Positions 15,001-30,000 of a DNA stretch of 64,000 nucleotides are shown in pieces. Position 1 is the first letter of the stretch; each line of letters begins with the position of its first letter. The position numbers and the translations under genes were made by a program. The notes under the pieces were generated by a model, which made no database searches, was not told the origin of the DNA, and saw nothing but the letters and a program-made list of their open reading frames with translations. The stretch is from Lingula anatina (taxonomy: Eukaryota > Animalia > Brachiopoda): the NCBI GenBank assembly GCA_051362555.1, contig CM120640.1, positions 30,895,967-30,959,966 of the forward strand, read 5' to 3'.

Positions 15001-18000
15001 CTTTTTCAGCTTTTTCATGGTGAGGGTACTCTGAAACAAGAACAATATAACTGAAAGGACTGAAAATTACATTTGAAAAGAATGACAAATTTGGTGACTT
15101 AATTAAAATAGTTAAATGTTAATAATTTCGTCAAATTTTGTCCTATATTTCTGAAATTTGTACAAATGATGCTTAACAACAATAGAAATATGTGATAAGC
15201 TGATCAGTTGTCTGTATTGAATGAAAAGTGTTTTTTAGGACAATATATTTGCGAAAACCAAAAATTACATTGAAAAGACTGGGAATTCGCAGGACTTGAA
15301 ATAGTTAAACGTTAATAATTTTGTCTAAACTAGTCCAATATTTCTGAAATTTGTACAAATGATGCTTAACAACAATAAAAATCTGTGATAAGCTGATCAG
15401 TTGTCTGTGTCTAATGAAAAGTGTTTTTTGGGACAACATAGTTGGGAAAACTGAAAATTACATTGAAAAGACTGGCAAAACCCAGACCTTAAAATAGTTA
15501 AACATTAATAATTTTGTCAAATCTGGTCCAATATTTATGAAATTTGTACAAATGATGCTTAACAACAATAAAAATCTGTGATAAGCTGATCAGTTATCTG
15601 AGTCTTTTTTTTTAAGTGTCAAGTGTATGGGAAATTGATTATCAGAAGAGTGAGAATTAACCAAAACAAATATTTCAATATTGCAATGTATTATTTACTC
15701 TGAAAGTAAACAGCAAATGTGATGATTTGAGGTTGTTTGTGTAAGAGGTTGCAAATTTCCTATAACTGTCAGCTGGAAAACAATATATACCCATACAAGA
15801 GTTCTCCTTACTACCTCTGCAAGATGCAGATTAGCCCTTTCCGGAAGGGGTTGTTGTTATCACAATACTCAACAAGGCCCTAAATTTTGCCAAATATCAT
15901 GTATTGTACACATGGAGAAGACACAGTGCTGCTCTTGGTGGTATCTTTCACTGCCTGCTTTTTCAGCTTTTTCATGGTGAGGGTACTCTGAAACAAGAAC
16001 AATATAACTGAAAGGACTGAAAATTACATTTGAAAAGAATGACAAATTCAGTGACTCAATTAAAAAAGTTAAACGTTAATAATTTTGTCTGATCTAGTCC
16101 AATATTTCTGAAATTTGTACAAATGATGCTTAACAAAAATAAAAATCTGTGATAAGCTGACCAGTTGTTTGTATTCAATGAAAAGTTTTTTTAGGACAAG
16201 ATATTTGCGAAAACCAAAAATTACATTGAAAAGACTGGCAAATCCCAGGCCCTAAAATAGTTAAACGTTAATAATTTCGTCAAATTTTGTCCTATATTTC
16301 TGAAATTTGTACAAATGATGCTTAACAACAATAGAAATATGTGATAAGCTGATCAGTTGTCTGTATTGAATGAAAAGTGTTTTTTAGGACAATATATTTG
16401 CGAAAGCCAAAAATTACATTGAAAAGACTGGGAATTCGCAGGACTTGAAATAGTTAAACGTTAATAATTTTGTCTAAACTAGTCCAATATTTCTGAAATT
16501 TGTACAAATGATGCTTAACAACAATAAAAATCTGTGATAAGCTGATCAGTTGTCTGTGTCTAATGAAAAGTGTTTTTTGGGACAACATAGTTGGGAAAAC
16601 TGAAAATTACATTGAAAAGACTGGCAAAACCCAGACCTTAAAATAGTTAAACATTAATAATTTTGTCAAATCTGGTCCAATATTTATGAAATTTGTACAA
16701 ATGATGCTTAACAACAATAGAAATCTGTGATAAGCTGATCAGTTATCTGAGTCTTTTTTTTTTAAGTGTCAAGTGTATGGGAAATTGATTATCAGAAGAG
16801 TGAGAATTAACCAAAACAAATATTACAATATTGCAATGTATTATTTACTCTGAAAGTAAACAGCAAATGTGATGATTTGAGGTTGTTTGTGTAAGAGTTT
16901 GCAAATTTCCTATAACTGTCATCTGGAAAACAATATATACCCATTCAAGAGTTCTCCTTACTACCTCTGCAAGATGCAGATTAGCCCTTTCTGGAAGGGG
17001 TTGTTGTTATCACAATACTCAACAAGGCCCTAAATCTTGCCAAATATCATGTATTGTACACATGGAGAAGACACAGTGCTGCTCTTGGTGGTATCTTTCA
17101 CTGCCTGCTTTTTCAGCTTTTTCATGGTGAGGGTACTCTGAAACAAGAACAATATAACTGAAAGGACTGAAAATTACATTTGAAAAGAATGACAAATTCG
17201 GTGACTCAATTAAAATAGTTAAACGTTAATAATTTTGTCTGATCTAGTCCAATATTTCTGAAATTTGTACAAATGATGCTTAAATACAATAAAAATCTGT
17301 GATAAGGTGATCAGTTGTCTGTGTCTAATGAAAAGTGTTTTTTGGGACAACATATTTGCAAAAACCAAAAATTACATTGAAAAGACTGGGAATTCGCAGG
17401 ACTTGAAATAGTTAAACGTTAATAATTTTGTCTAAACTAGTCCAATATTTCTGAAATTTGTACAAATGATGCTAAACAACAATAAAAATCAGTGATAAGC
17501 TGATCAGTTGTCTGTGTCTAATGAAAAGTGTTTTTTGGGACAACATATTTGGGAAAACCAAAAATTACATTGAAAAGACTGGGAATTTGCAGCACTTGAA
17601 ATAGTTAAACGTTAATAATTTTGTCTAAACTAGTCCAATATTTCTGAAATTTGTACAAATGATGCTTAACAACAATAAAAATCTGTGATAAGCTGATCAT
17701 TTGTCTGTGTCTAATGAAAAGTGTTTTTTGGGACAACATAGTTGGGAAAACTGAAAATTACATTGAAAAGACTGGCAAATCCCAGGACTTAAAATAGTTA
17801 AACATTAATAATTTTGTCAAATCTGGTCCAATATTTATGAAATTTGTACAAATGATGCTTAACAACAATAGAAATCTGTGATAAGCTGATCAGTTATCTG
17901 AGTCTTTTTTTTCTAAGTGTCAAGTGTATGGGAAATTGATCATCAGAAGAGTGAGAATTAACCAAAACAAATATTTCAATATTGCAATGTATAATTTACT

Positions 18001-21000
18001 CTGAAAGTAAACAGCAAATGTGATGATTTGAGGTTGTTTGTGTAAGAGGTTGCAAATTACCTATAACTGTCATCTGGAAAACAATATATACCCATACAAG
18101 AGTTCTCCTTACTACCTCTGCAAGATGCAGATTACTCCTTTCTGGAAGGGGTTGTTGTTATCACAATACTCAACAAGGCCTTAAATCTTGCCAAATATCA
18201 TGTATTGTACACATGGAGAAGACACAGTGCTGCTCTTGGTGGTATCTTTCACTGCCTGCTTTTTCAGCTTTTTCATGGTGAGGGTACTCTGAAACAAGAA
18301 CAATATAACTGAAAGGACTGAAAATTACATTTGAAAAGAATGACAAATTCGGTGACTTAATTAAAATAGTTAAATGTTAATAATTTTGTGAAATCTTGTC
18401 CTATATATCTGAAATTTGTACAAATGATGCTTAACAACAATAAAAATCTGTGATAAGCTGATCAGTTGCCTGTGTCTAATGAAAAGTGTTTTTTGGGACA
18501 ACATAGTTGGGAAAACTGAAAATTACATTGAAAAGACTGGCAAAACCCAGACCTTAAAATAGTTAAACATTAATAATTTTGTCAAATCTGGTCCAATATT
18601 TATGAAATTTGTACAAATGATGCTTAACAACAATAAAAATCTGTGATAAGCTGATCAGTTGTCTGTGTCTAATGAAAAGTGTTTTTTGGGACAACATAGT
18701 TGGGAAAACTGAAAATTACATTGAAAAGACTGGCAAAACCCAGACCTTAAAATAGTTAAACGTTAATAATTTTGTCAAATCTGGTCCAATATTTATGAAA
18801 TTTGTACAAATGATGCTTAACAACAATAGAAATCTGTGATAAGCTGATCAGTTATCTGAGTCTTTTTTTTAAGTGTCAAGTGTATGGGAAATTGATTATC
18901 AGAAGAGTGAGAATTAACCAAAACAAATATTTCAATATTGCAATGTATTATTTACTCTGAAAGTAAACAGCAAATGTGATGATTTGAGGTTGTTTGTGTA
19001 AGAGGTTGCAAATTTCCTATAACTGTCAGCTGGAAAACAATATATACCCATACAAGAGTTCTCCTTACTACCTCTGCAAGATGCAGATTAGCCCTTTCCG
19101 GAAGGGGTTGTTGTTATCACAATACTCAACAAGGCCCTAAATTTTGCCAAATATCATGTATTGTACACATGGAGAAGACACAGTGCTGCTCTTGGTGGTA
19201 TCTTTCACTGCCTGCTTTTTCAGCTTTTTCATGGTGAGGGTACTCTGAAACAAGAACAATATAACTGAAAGGACTGAAAATTACATTTGAAAAGAATGAC
19301 AAATTCAGTGACTCAATTAAAATAGTTAAACGTTAATAATTTTGTCTGATCTAGTCCAATATTTCTGAAATTTGTACAAATGATGCTTAACAAAAATAAA
19401 AATCTGTGATAAGCTGACCAGTTGTTTGTATTCAATGAAAAGTTTTTTTTAGGACAAGATATTTGCGAAAACCAAAAATTACATTGAAAAGACTGGCAAA
19501 TCCCAAGCCTTAAAATAGTTAAACGTTAATAATTTCGTCAAATTTTGTCCTATATTTCTGAAATTTGTACAAATGATGCTTAACAACAATAGAAATATGT
19601 GATAAGCTGATCAGTTGTCTGTATTGAATGAAAAGTGTTTTTTAGGACAATATATTTGCGAAAGCCAAAAATTACATTGAAAAGACTGGGAATTCGCAGG
19701 ACTTGAAATAGTTAAACGTTAATAATTTTGTCTAAACTAGTCCAATATTTCTGAAATTTGTACAAAGGATGCTTAACAACAATAAAAATCTGTGATAAGC
19801 TGATCAGTTGTCTGTGTCTAATGAAAAGTGTTTTTTGGGACAACATAGTTGGGAAAACTGAAAATTACATTGAAAAGACTGGCAAAACCCAGACCTTAAA
19901 ATAGTTAAACATTAATAATTTTGTCAAATCTGGTCCAATATTTATGAAATTTGTACAAATGATGCTTAACAACAATAGAAATCTGTGATAAGCTGATCAG
20001 TTATCTGAGTCTTTTTTTTAAGTGTCAAGTGTATGGGAAATTGATTATCAGAAGAGTGAGAATTAACCAAAACAAATATTTCAATATTGCAATGTATTAT
20101 TTACTCTGAAAGTAAACAGCAAATGTGATGATTTGAGGTTGTTTGTGTAAGAGGTTGCAAATTTCCTATAACTGTCAGCTGGAAAACAATATATACCCAT
20201 ACAAGAGTTCTCCTTACTACCTCTGCAAGATGCAGATTAGCCCTTTCCGGAAGGGGTTGTTGTTATCACAATACTCAACAAGGCCCTAAATTTTGCCAAA
20301 TATCATGTATTGTACACATGGAGAAGACACAGTGCTGCTCTTGGTGGTATCTTTCACTGCCTGCTTTTTCAGCTTTTTCATGGTGAGGGTACTCTGAAAC
20401 AAGAACAATATAACTGAAAGGACTGAAAATTACATTTGAAAAGAATGACAAATTCAGTGACTCAATTAAAATAGTTAAACGTTAATAATTTTGTCTGATC
20501 TAGTCCAATATTTCTGAAATTTGTACAAATAATGCTTAACAAAAATAAAAATCTGTGATAAGCTGACCAGTTGTTTGTATTCAATGAAAAGTTTTTTTTA
20601 GGACAAGATATTTGCGAAAACCAAAAATTACATTGAAAAGACTGGCAAATCCCAAGCCTTAAAATAGTTAAACGTTAATAATTTAGTCAAATTTTGTCCT
20701 ATATTTCTGAAATTTGTACAAATGATGCTTAACAACAATAGAAATATGTGATAAGCTGATCAGTTGTCTGTATTGAATAAAAAGTGTTTTTTAGGACAAT
20801 ATATTTGCGAAAGCCAAAAATTACATTGAAAAGACTGGGAATTCGCAGGACTTGAAATAGTTAAACGTTAATAATTTTGTCTAAACTAGTCCAATATTTC
20901 TGAAATTTGTACAAATGATGCTTAACAACAATAAAAATCTGTGATAAGCTGATCAGTTGTCTGTGTCTAATGAAAAGTGTTTTTTGGGACAACATAGTTG

Positions 21001-24000
21001 GGAAAACTGAAAATTACATTGAAAAGACTGGCAAAACCCAGACCTTAAAATAGTTAAACATTAATAATTTTGTCAAATCTGGTCCAATATTTATGAAATT
21101 TGTACAAATGATGCTTAACAACAATAGAAATCTGTGATAAGCTGATCAGTTATCTGAGTCTTTTTTTTTTAAGTGTCAAGTGTATGGGAAATTGATTATC
21201 AGAAGAGTGAGAATTAACCAAAACAAATATTACAATATTGCAATGTATTATTTACTCTGAAAGTAAACAGCAAATGTGATGATTTGAGGTTGTTTGTGTA
21301 AGAGGTTGCAAATTTCCTATAACTGTCATCTGGAAAACAATATATACCCATTCAAGAGTTCTCCTTACTACCTCTGCAAGATGCAGATTACTCCTTTCTG
21401 GAAGGGGTTGTTGTTATCACAATACTCAACAAGGCCCTAAATCTTGCCAAATATCATGTATTGTACACATGGAGAAGACACATTGCTGCTCTTGGTGGTA
21501 TCTTTCACTGCCTGCTTTTTCAGCTTTTTCATGGTGAGGGTTCCCTAAACGAAGAACAATATAACTGAAAGGACTGAAAATTACATTTGAAAAGAATGAC
21601 AAATTCAGTGACTTAATTAAAATAGTTAAACGTTAATAATTTTGTCTAATCTAGTCCAATATTTCTGAAATTTGTACAAATGATGCTTAACTACAATAAA
21701 AATCTGTGATAAGCTGATCAGTTGTCTGTGTGTAATGAAAAGTGATTTTTGGGACAACTTATTTGGGAAAACTGAAAATTACATTGAAAAGACTGGCAAA
21801 TCCCAGGCCTTAAAATAGTTAAACGATAATAATTTTGTCAAATCTTGTCCTATATTTCTGAAATTTGTACAAATGATGCTTAACAACAATAAAAATCTGT
21901 GATAAGCTGATCAGTTGTCTGTATTGAATGAAAAGTGTTTTTTAGGACAATATATTTGCGAAAACCAAAAATTGCATTGAAAAGACTGGGAAAATCCCAG
22001 GCCTTAAAATAGTTAAATGTTAATAATTTCGTCAAATTTTTTCCTATATTTCTGAAATTTGTACAAATGATGCTAAACAACAATAGAAATCTGTGATAAG
22101 CTGATCAGTTGTCTGTATTTAATGAAAAGTGTTTTTTTGGGACAACATATTTGGGAAAACTGAAAATTACGCTGAAAATACTGGGAATTTGCAGGACTTG
22201 AAATATTTAAACGTTAATAATTTTGTCTAATCTAGTCCAATATTTCTGAAATTTGTACAAATGATGCTTAACAACAATAAAAATCTGTGATAAGCTGATC
22301 AGTTGTCTGTGTCTAATGAAAAGTGTTTTTTGGGACAACATAGTTGGGAAAACTGAAAATTACACTGAAAAGCCTGGCATATCCCAGGCCTTAAAATAGT
22401 TAAACGTTAATAATTTTGTCAAATCTTGTCGTATATTTCTGAAATTTGTACAAATGATGCTTAACAATAATAAAAATCTGTGATAAGCTGATCAGTTATC
22501 TGAGTCTTTTTTTTTTAAGTGTCAAGTGTATGGGAAATTGATCACCAGAAGAGTGAGAATTAACCAAAACAAATATTACACTATTGCAATGTATTATTTA
22601 CTGTGAAAGTAAACAGCAAATGTGATGATTTGAGGTTGTTTGTGTAAGAGGTTGCAAATTACCTATAACTGTCATCTGGAAAACAATATATACCCATACA
22701 AGAGTTTTCATTACTATCTCTGCAAGATGCAGATTACTCCTTTCTGGAAGGGGTTGTTGTTATCACAATACTCAACAAGGCCTTAAATCTTGCCAAATAT
22801 CATGTATTGTACACATGGAGAAGACAAAGTGCTGCTCTTGGTGGTATCTTTCACTGCCTGCTTTTTCAGCTTTTTCATGGTGAGGGTACTCTGAAACAAG
22901 AACAATATAACTGAAAGGACTGAAAATTACATTTGAAAAGAATGACAAATTCGGTGACTTAATTAAAATAGTTAAATGTTAATAATTTCGTCAAATTTTG
23001 TCCTATATTTCTGAAATTTGTACAAATGATGCTTAACAACAATAGAAATCTGTGATAAGCTGATCAGTTATCTGAGTCTTTTTTTTTTAAGTGTCAAGTG
23101 TATGGGAAATTGATTATCAGAAGAGTGAGAATTAACCAAAACAAATATTTCAATATTGCAATGTATTATTTACTCTGAAAGTAAACAGCAAATGTGATGA
23201 TTTGAGGTTGTTTGTGTAAGAGGTTGCAAATTTCCTATAACTGTCAGCTGGAAAACAATATATACCCATACAAGAGTTCTCCTTACTACCTCTGCAAGAT
23301 GCAGATTAGCCCTTTCCGGAAGGGGTTGTTGTTATCACAATACTCAACAAGGCCCTAAATTTTGCCAAATATCATGTATTGTACACATGGAGAAGACACA
23401 GTGCTGCTCTTGGTGGTATCTTTCACTGCCTGCTTTTTCAGCTTTTTCATGGTGAGGGTACTCTGAAACAAGAACAATATAACTGAAAGGACTGAAAATT
23501 ACATTTGAAAAGAATGACAAATTCAGTGACTCAATTAAAATAGTTAAACGTTAATAATTTCGTCAAATTTTGTCCTATATTTCTGAAATTTGTACAAATG
23601 ATGCTTAACAACAATAGAAATATGTGATAAGCTGATCAGTTGTCTGTATTGAATGAAAAGTGTTTTTTAGGACAATATATTTGCGAAAGCCAAAAATTAC
23701 ATTGAAAAGACTGGGAATTCGCAGGACTTGAAATAGTTAAACGTTAATAATTTTGTCTAAACTAGTCCAATATTTCTGAAATTTGTACAAATGATGCTTA
23801 ACAACAATAAAAATCTGTGATAAGCTGATCAGTTGTCTGTGTCTAATGAAAAGTGTTTTTTGGGACAACATAGTTGGGAAAACTGAAAATTACATTGAAA
23901 AGACTGGCAAAACCCAGACCTTAAAATAGTTAAACATTAATAATTTTGTCAAATCTGGTCCAATATTTCTGAAATTTGTACAAATGATGCTTAACAATAA

Positions 24001-27000
24001 TAAAAATCTGTGATAAGCTGATCAGTTATCTGAGTCTTTTTTTTAAAGTGTCAAGTGTATGGGAAATTGATCATCAGAAGAGTGAGAATTAACCAAATCA
24101 AATATTACAATATTGCAATGTATTATTTACTGTGAAAGTAAACAGCAAATGTGATGATGTGAGGTTGTTTGTGTAAGAGGTTGCAAATTACCTATAACTG
24201 TCATCTGGAAAACAATATATACCCATACAAGAGTTCTCATTACTACCTCTGCAAGATGCAGATTACTCCTTTCTGGAAGGGGTTGTTGTTATCACAATAC
24301 TCAACAAGGCCCTAAATCTTGCCAAATATCATGTATTGTACACATGGAGAAGACACATTGCTGCTCTTGGTGGTATCTTTCACTGCCTGCTTTTTCAGCT
24401 TTTTCATGGTGAGGGTTCCCTAAACGAAGAACAATATAACTGAAAGGACTGAAAATTACATTTGAAAAGAATGACAAATTCAGTGACTTAATTAAAATAG
24501 TTAAACGTTAATAATTTTGTCTAATCTAGTCCAATATTTCTGAAATTTGTACAAAAATGCTTAACTACAATAAAAATCTGTGATAAGCTGATCAGTTGTC
24601 TGTGTGTAATGAAAAGTGATTTTTGGGACAACTTATTGGGAAAACTGAAAATTACATTGAAAAGACTGGCAAATCCCAGGCCTTAAAATAGTTAAACGTT
24701 ATTAATTTTGTCAAATTTTGTCCTATATTTCTGAAATTTGTACAAATGATGCTTAACAATAATAGAAATCTGTGATAAGCTGATCAGTTGGCTATATTGA
24801 ATGAAAAGTGTTTTTTAGGACAATATATTTGCAAAAACCAAAAATTACATTGAAAAGACTGGGAATTCGCAGGACTTGAAATAGTTAAATGTTAATAATT
24901 TTGTCAAATCTAGTCCAATATTTATGAAATTTGTACAAATGATGCTTAACAATAATAAAAATCTGTGATAAGCTGATCAGTTGTCTGTATCTAATAAAGT
25001 GTTTTTTGAGACAACATATTTGGGAAAACTGAAAATTACATTGAAAAGACTGGCAAATCCCAGGCCTTAAAATAGTTAAACGATAATAATTTTGTCAAAT
25101 CTTGTCCTATATTTCTGAAATTTGTACAAATGATGCTTAACAACAATAAAAATCTGTGATAAGCTGATCAGTTGTCTGTATTGAATGAAAAGTGTTTTTT
25201 AGGACAATATATTTGCGAAAACCAAAAATTGCATTGAAAAGATGGGCAAATCCCAGGCCTTAAAATAGTTAAATGTTAATAATTTCGTCAAATTTTTTCC
25301 TATATTTCTGAAATTTGTACAAATGATGCTTAACAACAATAGAAATCTGTGATAAGCTGATCAGTTGTCTGTATTGAATGAAAAGTGTTTTTTAGGACAA
25401 TATATTTAAGAAAACCAAAAATTACATTGAAAAGACTGGGAATTCGCAGGACTTGAAATATTTAAACGTTAATAATTTTGTCTAATCTAGTCCAATATTT
25501 CTGAAATTTGTACAAATGATGCTTAACAACAATAAGAATCTGTGATAAGCTGATCAGTTGTCTGTTTCTAATGAAAAGTTTTTTTTAGGACAATATATTT
25601 GCGAAAACAAAAATTACATTGAAATGACTGGCAAATCCCAGGCCTTAAAATAGTTAAACGTTAATAATTTCATCAAATTTTGTCCTATATTTCTGAAATT
25701 TGTACAAATGATGCTAAACAACAATAGAAATCTGTGATAAGCTGATCAGTTGTCTGTATTTAATGAAAAGTGTTTTTTGGGACAACATATTTGGGAAAAC
25801 TGAAAATTACGCTGAAAATACTGGGAATTTGCAGGACTTGAAATATTTAAACGTTAATAATTTTGTCTAATCTAGTCCAATATTTCTGAAATTTGTACAA
25901 ATGATGCTTAACAACAATAAAAATCTGTGATAAGCTGATCAGTTGTCTGTGTCTATTGAAAAGTGTTTTTTGGGACAACATAGTTGGGAAAACTGAAAAT
26001 TACATTGAAAAGCCTGGCATATCCCAGGCCTTAAAATAGTTAAACGTTAATAATTTTGTCAAATCTTGTCGTATATTTCTGAAATTTGTACAAATGATGC
26101 TTAACAACAATAGAAATCTGTGATAAGCTGATCAGTTATCTGAGTCTTTTTTTTTTAAGTGTCAAGTGTATGGGAAATTGATTATCAGAAGAGTGAGAAT
26201 TAACCAAAACAAATATTTCAATATTGCAATGTATTATTTACTCTGAAAGTAAACAGCAAATGTGATGATTTGAGGTTGTTTGTGTAAGAGGTTGCAAATT
26301 TCCTATAACTGTCAGCTGGAAAACAATATATACCCATACAAGAGTTCTCCTTACTACCTCTGCAAGATGCAGATTAGCCCTTTCCGGAAGGGGTTGTTGT
26401 TATCACAATACTCAACAAGGCCCTAAATTTTGCCAAATATCATGTATTGTACACATGGAGAAGACACAGTGCTGCTCTTGGTGGTATCTTTCACTGCCTG
26501 CTTTTTCAGCTTTTTCATGGTGAGGGTACTCTGAAACAAGAACAATATAACTGAAAGGACTGAAAATTACATTTGAAAAGAATGACAAATTCAGTGACTC
26601 AATTAAAATAGTTAAACGTTAATAATTTTGTCTGATCTAGTCCAATATTTCTGAAATTTGTACAAATAATGCTTAACAAAAATAAAAATCTGTGATAAGC
26701 TGACCAGTTGTTTGTATTCAATGAAAAGTTTTTTTTAGGACAAGATATTTGCGAAAACCAAAAATTACATTGAAAAGACTGGCAAATCCCAAGCCTTAAA
26801 ATAGTTAAACGTTAATAATTTAGTCAAATTTTGTCCTATATTTCTGAAATTTGTACAAATGATGCTTAACAACAATAGAAATATGTGATAAGCTGATCAG
26901 TTGTCTGTATTGAATAAAAAGTGTTTTTTAGGACAATATATTTGCGAAAGCCAAAAATTACATTGAAAAGACTGGGAATTCGCAGGACTTGAAATAGTTA

Positions 27001-30000
27001 AACGTTAATAATTTTGTCTAAACTAGTCCAATATTTCTGAAATTTGTACAAATGATGCTTAACAACAATAAAAATCTGTGATAAGCTGATCAGTTGTCTG
27101 TGTCTAATGAAAAGTGTTTTTTGGGACAACATAGTTGGGAAAACTGAAAATTACATTGAAAAGACTGGCAAAACCCAGACCTTAAAATAGTTAAACATTA
27201 ATAATTTTGTCAAATCTGGTCCAATATTTATGAAATTTGTACAAATGATGCTTAACAACAATAGAAATCTGTGATAAGCTGATCAGTTATCTGAGTCTTT
27301 TTTTTTTAAGTGTCAAGTGTATGGGAAATTGATTATCAGAAGAGTGAGAATTAACCAAAACAAATATTACAATATTGCAATGTATTATTTACTCTGAAAG
27401 TAAACAGCAAATGTGATGATTTGAGGTTGTTTGTGTAAGAGGTTGCAAATTTCCTATAACTGTCATCTGGAAAACAATATATACCCATTCAAGAGTTCTC
27501 CTTACTACCTCTGCAAGATGCAGATTACTCCTTTCTGGAAGGGGTTGTTGTTATCACAATACTCAACAAGGCCCTAAATCTTGCCAAATATCATGTATTG
27601 TACACATGGAGAAGACACATTGCTGCTCTTGGTGGTATCTTTCACTGCCTGCTTTTTCAGCTTTTTCATGGTGAGGGTTCCCTAAACGAAGAACAATATA
27701 ACTGAAAGGACTGAAAATTACATTTGAAAAGAATGACAAATTCAGTGACTTAATTAAAATAGTTAAACGTTAATAATTTTGTCTAATCTAGTCCAATATT
27801 TCTGAAATTTGTACAAATGATGCTTAACTACAATAAAAATCTGTGATAAGCTGATCAGTTGTCTGTGTGTAATGAAAAGTGATTTTTGGGACAACTTATT
27901 TGGGAAAACTGAAAATTACATTGAAAAGACTGGCAAATCCCAGGCCTTAAAATAGTTAAACGATAATAATTTTGTCAAATCTTGTCCTATATTTCTGAAA
28001 TTTGTACAAATGATGCTTAACAACAATAAAAATCTGTGATAAGCTGATCAGTTGTCTGTATTGAATGAAAAGTGTTTTTTAGGACAATATATTTGCGAAA
28101 ACCAAAAATTGCATTGAAAAGACTGGGAAAATCCCAGGCCTTAAAATAGTTAAATGTTAATAATTTCGTCAAATTTTTTCCTATATTTCTGAAATTTGTA
28201 CAAATGATGCTAAACAACAATAGAAATCTGTGATAAGCTGATCAGTTGTCTGTATTTAATGAAAAGTGTTTTTTTGGGACAACATATTTGGGAAAACTGA
28301 AAATTACGCTGAAAATACTGGGAATTTGCAGGACTTGAAATATTTAAACGTTAATAATTTTGTCTAATCTAGTCCAATATTTCTGAAATTTGTACAAATG
28401 ATGCTTAACAACAATAAAAATCTGTGATAAGCTGATCAGTTGTCTGTGTCTAATGAAAAGTGTTTTTTGGGACAACATAGTTGGGAAAACTGAAAATTAC
28501 ATTGAAAAGCCTGGCATATCCCAGGCCTTAAAATAGTTAAACGTTAATAATTTTGTCAAATCTTGTCGTATATTTCTGAAATTTGTACAAATGATGCTTA
28601 ACAATAATAAAAATCTGTGATAAGCTGATCAGTTATCTGAGTCTTTTTTTTTTAAGTGTCAAGTGTATGGGAAATTGATCACCAGAAGAGTGAGAATTAA
28701 CCAAAACAAATATTACACTATTGCAATGTATTATTTACTGTGAAAGTAAACAGCAAATGTGATGATTTGAGGTTGTTTGTGTAAGAGGTTGCAAATTACC
28801 TATAACTGTCATCTGGAAAACAATATATACCCATACAAGAGTTTTCATTACTATCTCTGCAAGATGCAGATTACTCCTTTCTGGAAGGGGTTGTTGTTAT
28901 CACAATACTCAACAAGGCCTTAAATTTTGCCAAATATCATGTATTGTACACATGGAGAAGACACAGTGCTGCTCTTGGTGGTATCTTTCACTGCCTGCTT
29001 TTTCAGCTTTTTCATGGTGAGGGTACTCTGAAACAAGAACAATATAACTGAAAGGACTGAAAATTACATTTGAAAAGAATGACAAATTCAGTGACTCAAT
29101 TAAAATAGTTAAACGTTAATAATTTTGTCTGATCTAGTCCAATATTTCTGAAATTTGTACAAATGATGCTTAACAAAAATAAAAATCTGTGATAAGCTGA
29201 CCAGTTGTTTGTATTCAATGAAAAGTTTTTTTAGGACAAGATATTTGCGAAAACCAAAAATTACATTGAAAAGACTGGCAAATCCCAGGCCCTAAAATAG
29301 TTAAACGTTAATAATTTCGTCAAATTTTGTCCTATATTTCTGAAATTTGTACAAATGATGCTTAACAACAATAGAAATATGTGATAAGCTGATCAGTTGT
29401 CTGTATTGAATGAAAAGTGTTTTTTAGGACAATATATTTGCGAAAGCCAAAAATTACATTGAAAAGACTGGGAATTCGCAGGACTTGAAATAGTTAAACG
29501 TTAATAATTTTGTCTAAACCAGTCCAATATTTCTGAAATTTGTACAAATGATGCTTAACAACAATAAAAATCTGTGATAAGCTGATCAGTTGTCTGTGTC
29601 TAATGAAAAGTGTTTTTTGGGACAACATAGTTGGGAAAACTGAAAATTACATTGAAAAGACTGGCAAAACCCAGACCTTAAAATAGTTAAACATTAATAA
29701 TTTTGTCAAATCTGGTCCAATATTTATGAAATTTGTACAAATGATGCTTAACAACAATAGAAATCTGTGATAAGCTGATCAGTTATCTGAGTCTTTTTTT
29801 TTTTAAGTGTCAAGTGTATGGGAAATTGATTATCAGAAGAGTGAGAATTAACCAAAACAAATATTACAATATTGCAATGTATTATTTACTCTGAAAGTAA
29901 ACAGCAAATGTGATGATTTGAGGTTGTTTGTGTAAGAGTTTGCAAATTTCCTATAACTGTCATCTGGAAAACAATATATACCCATTCAAGAGTTCTCCTT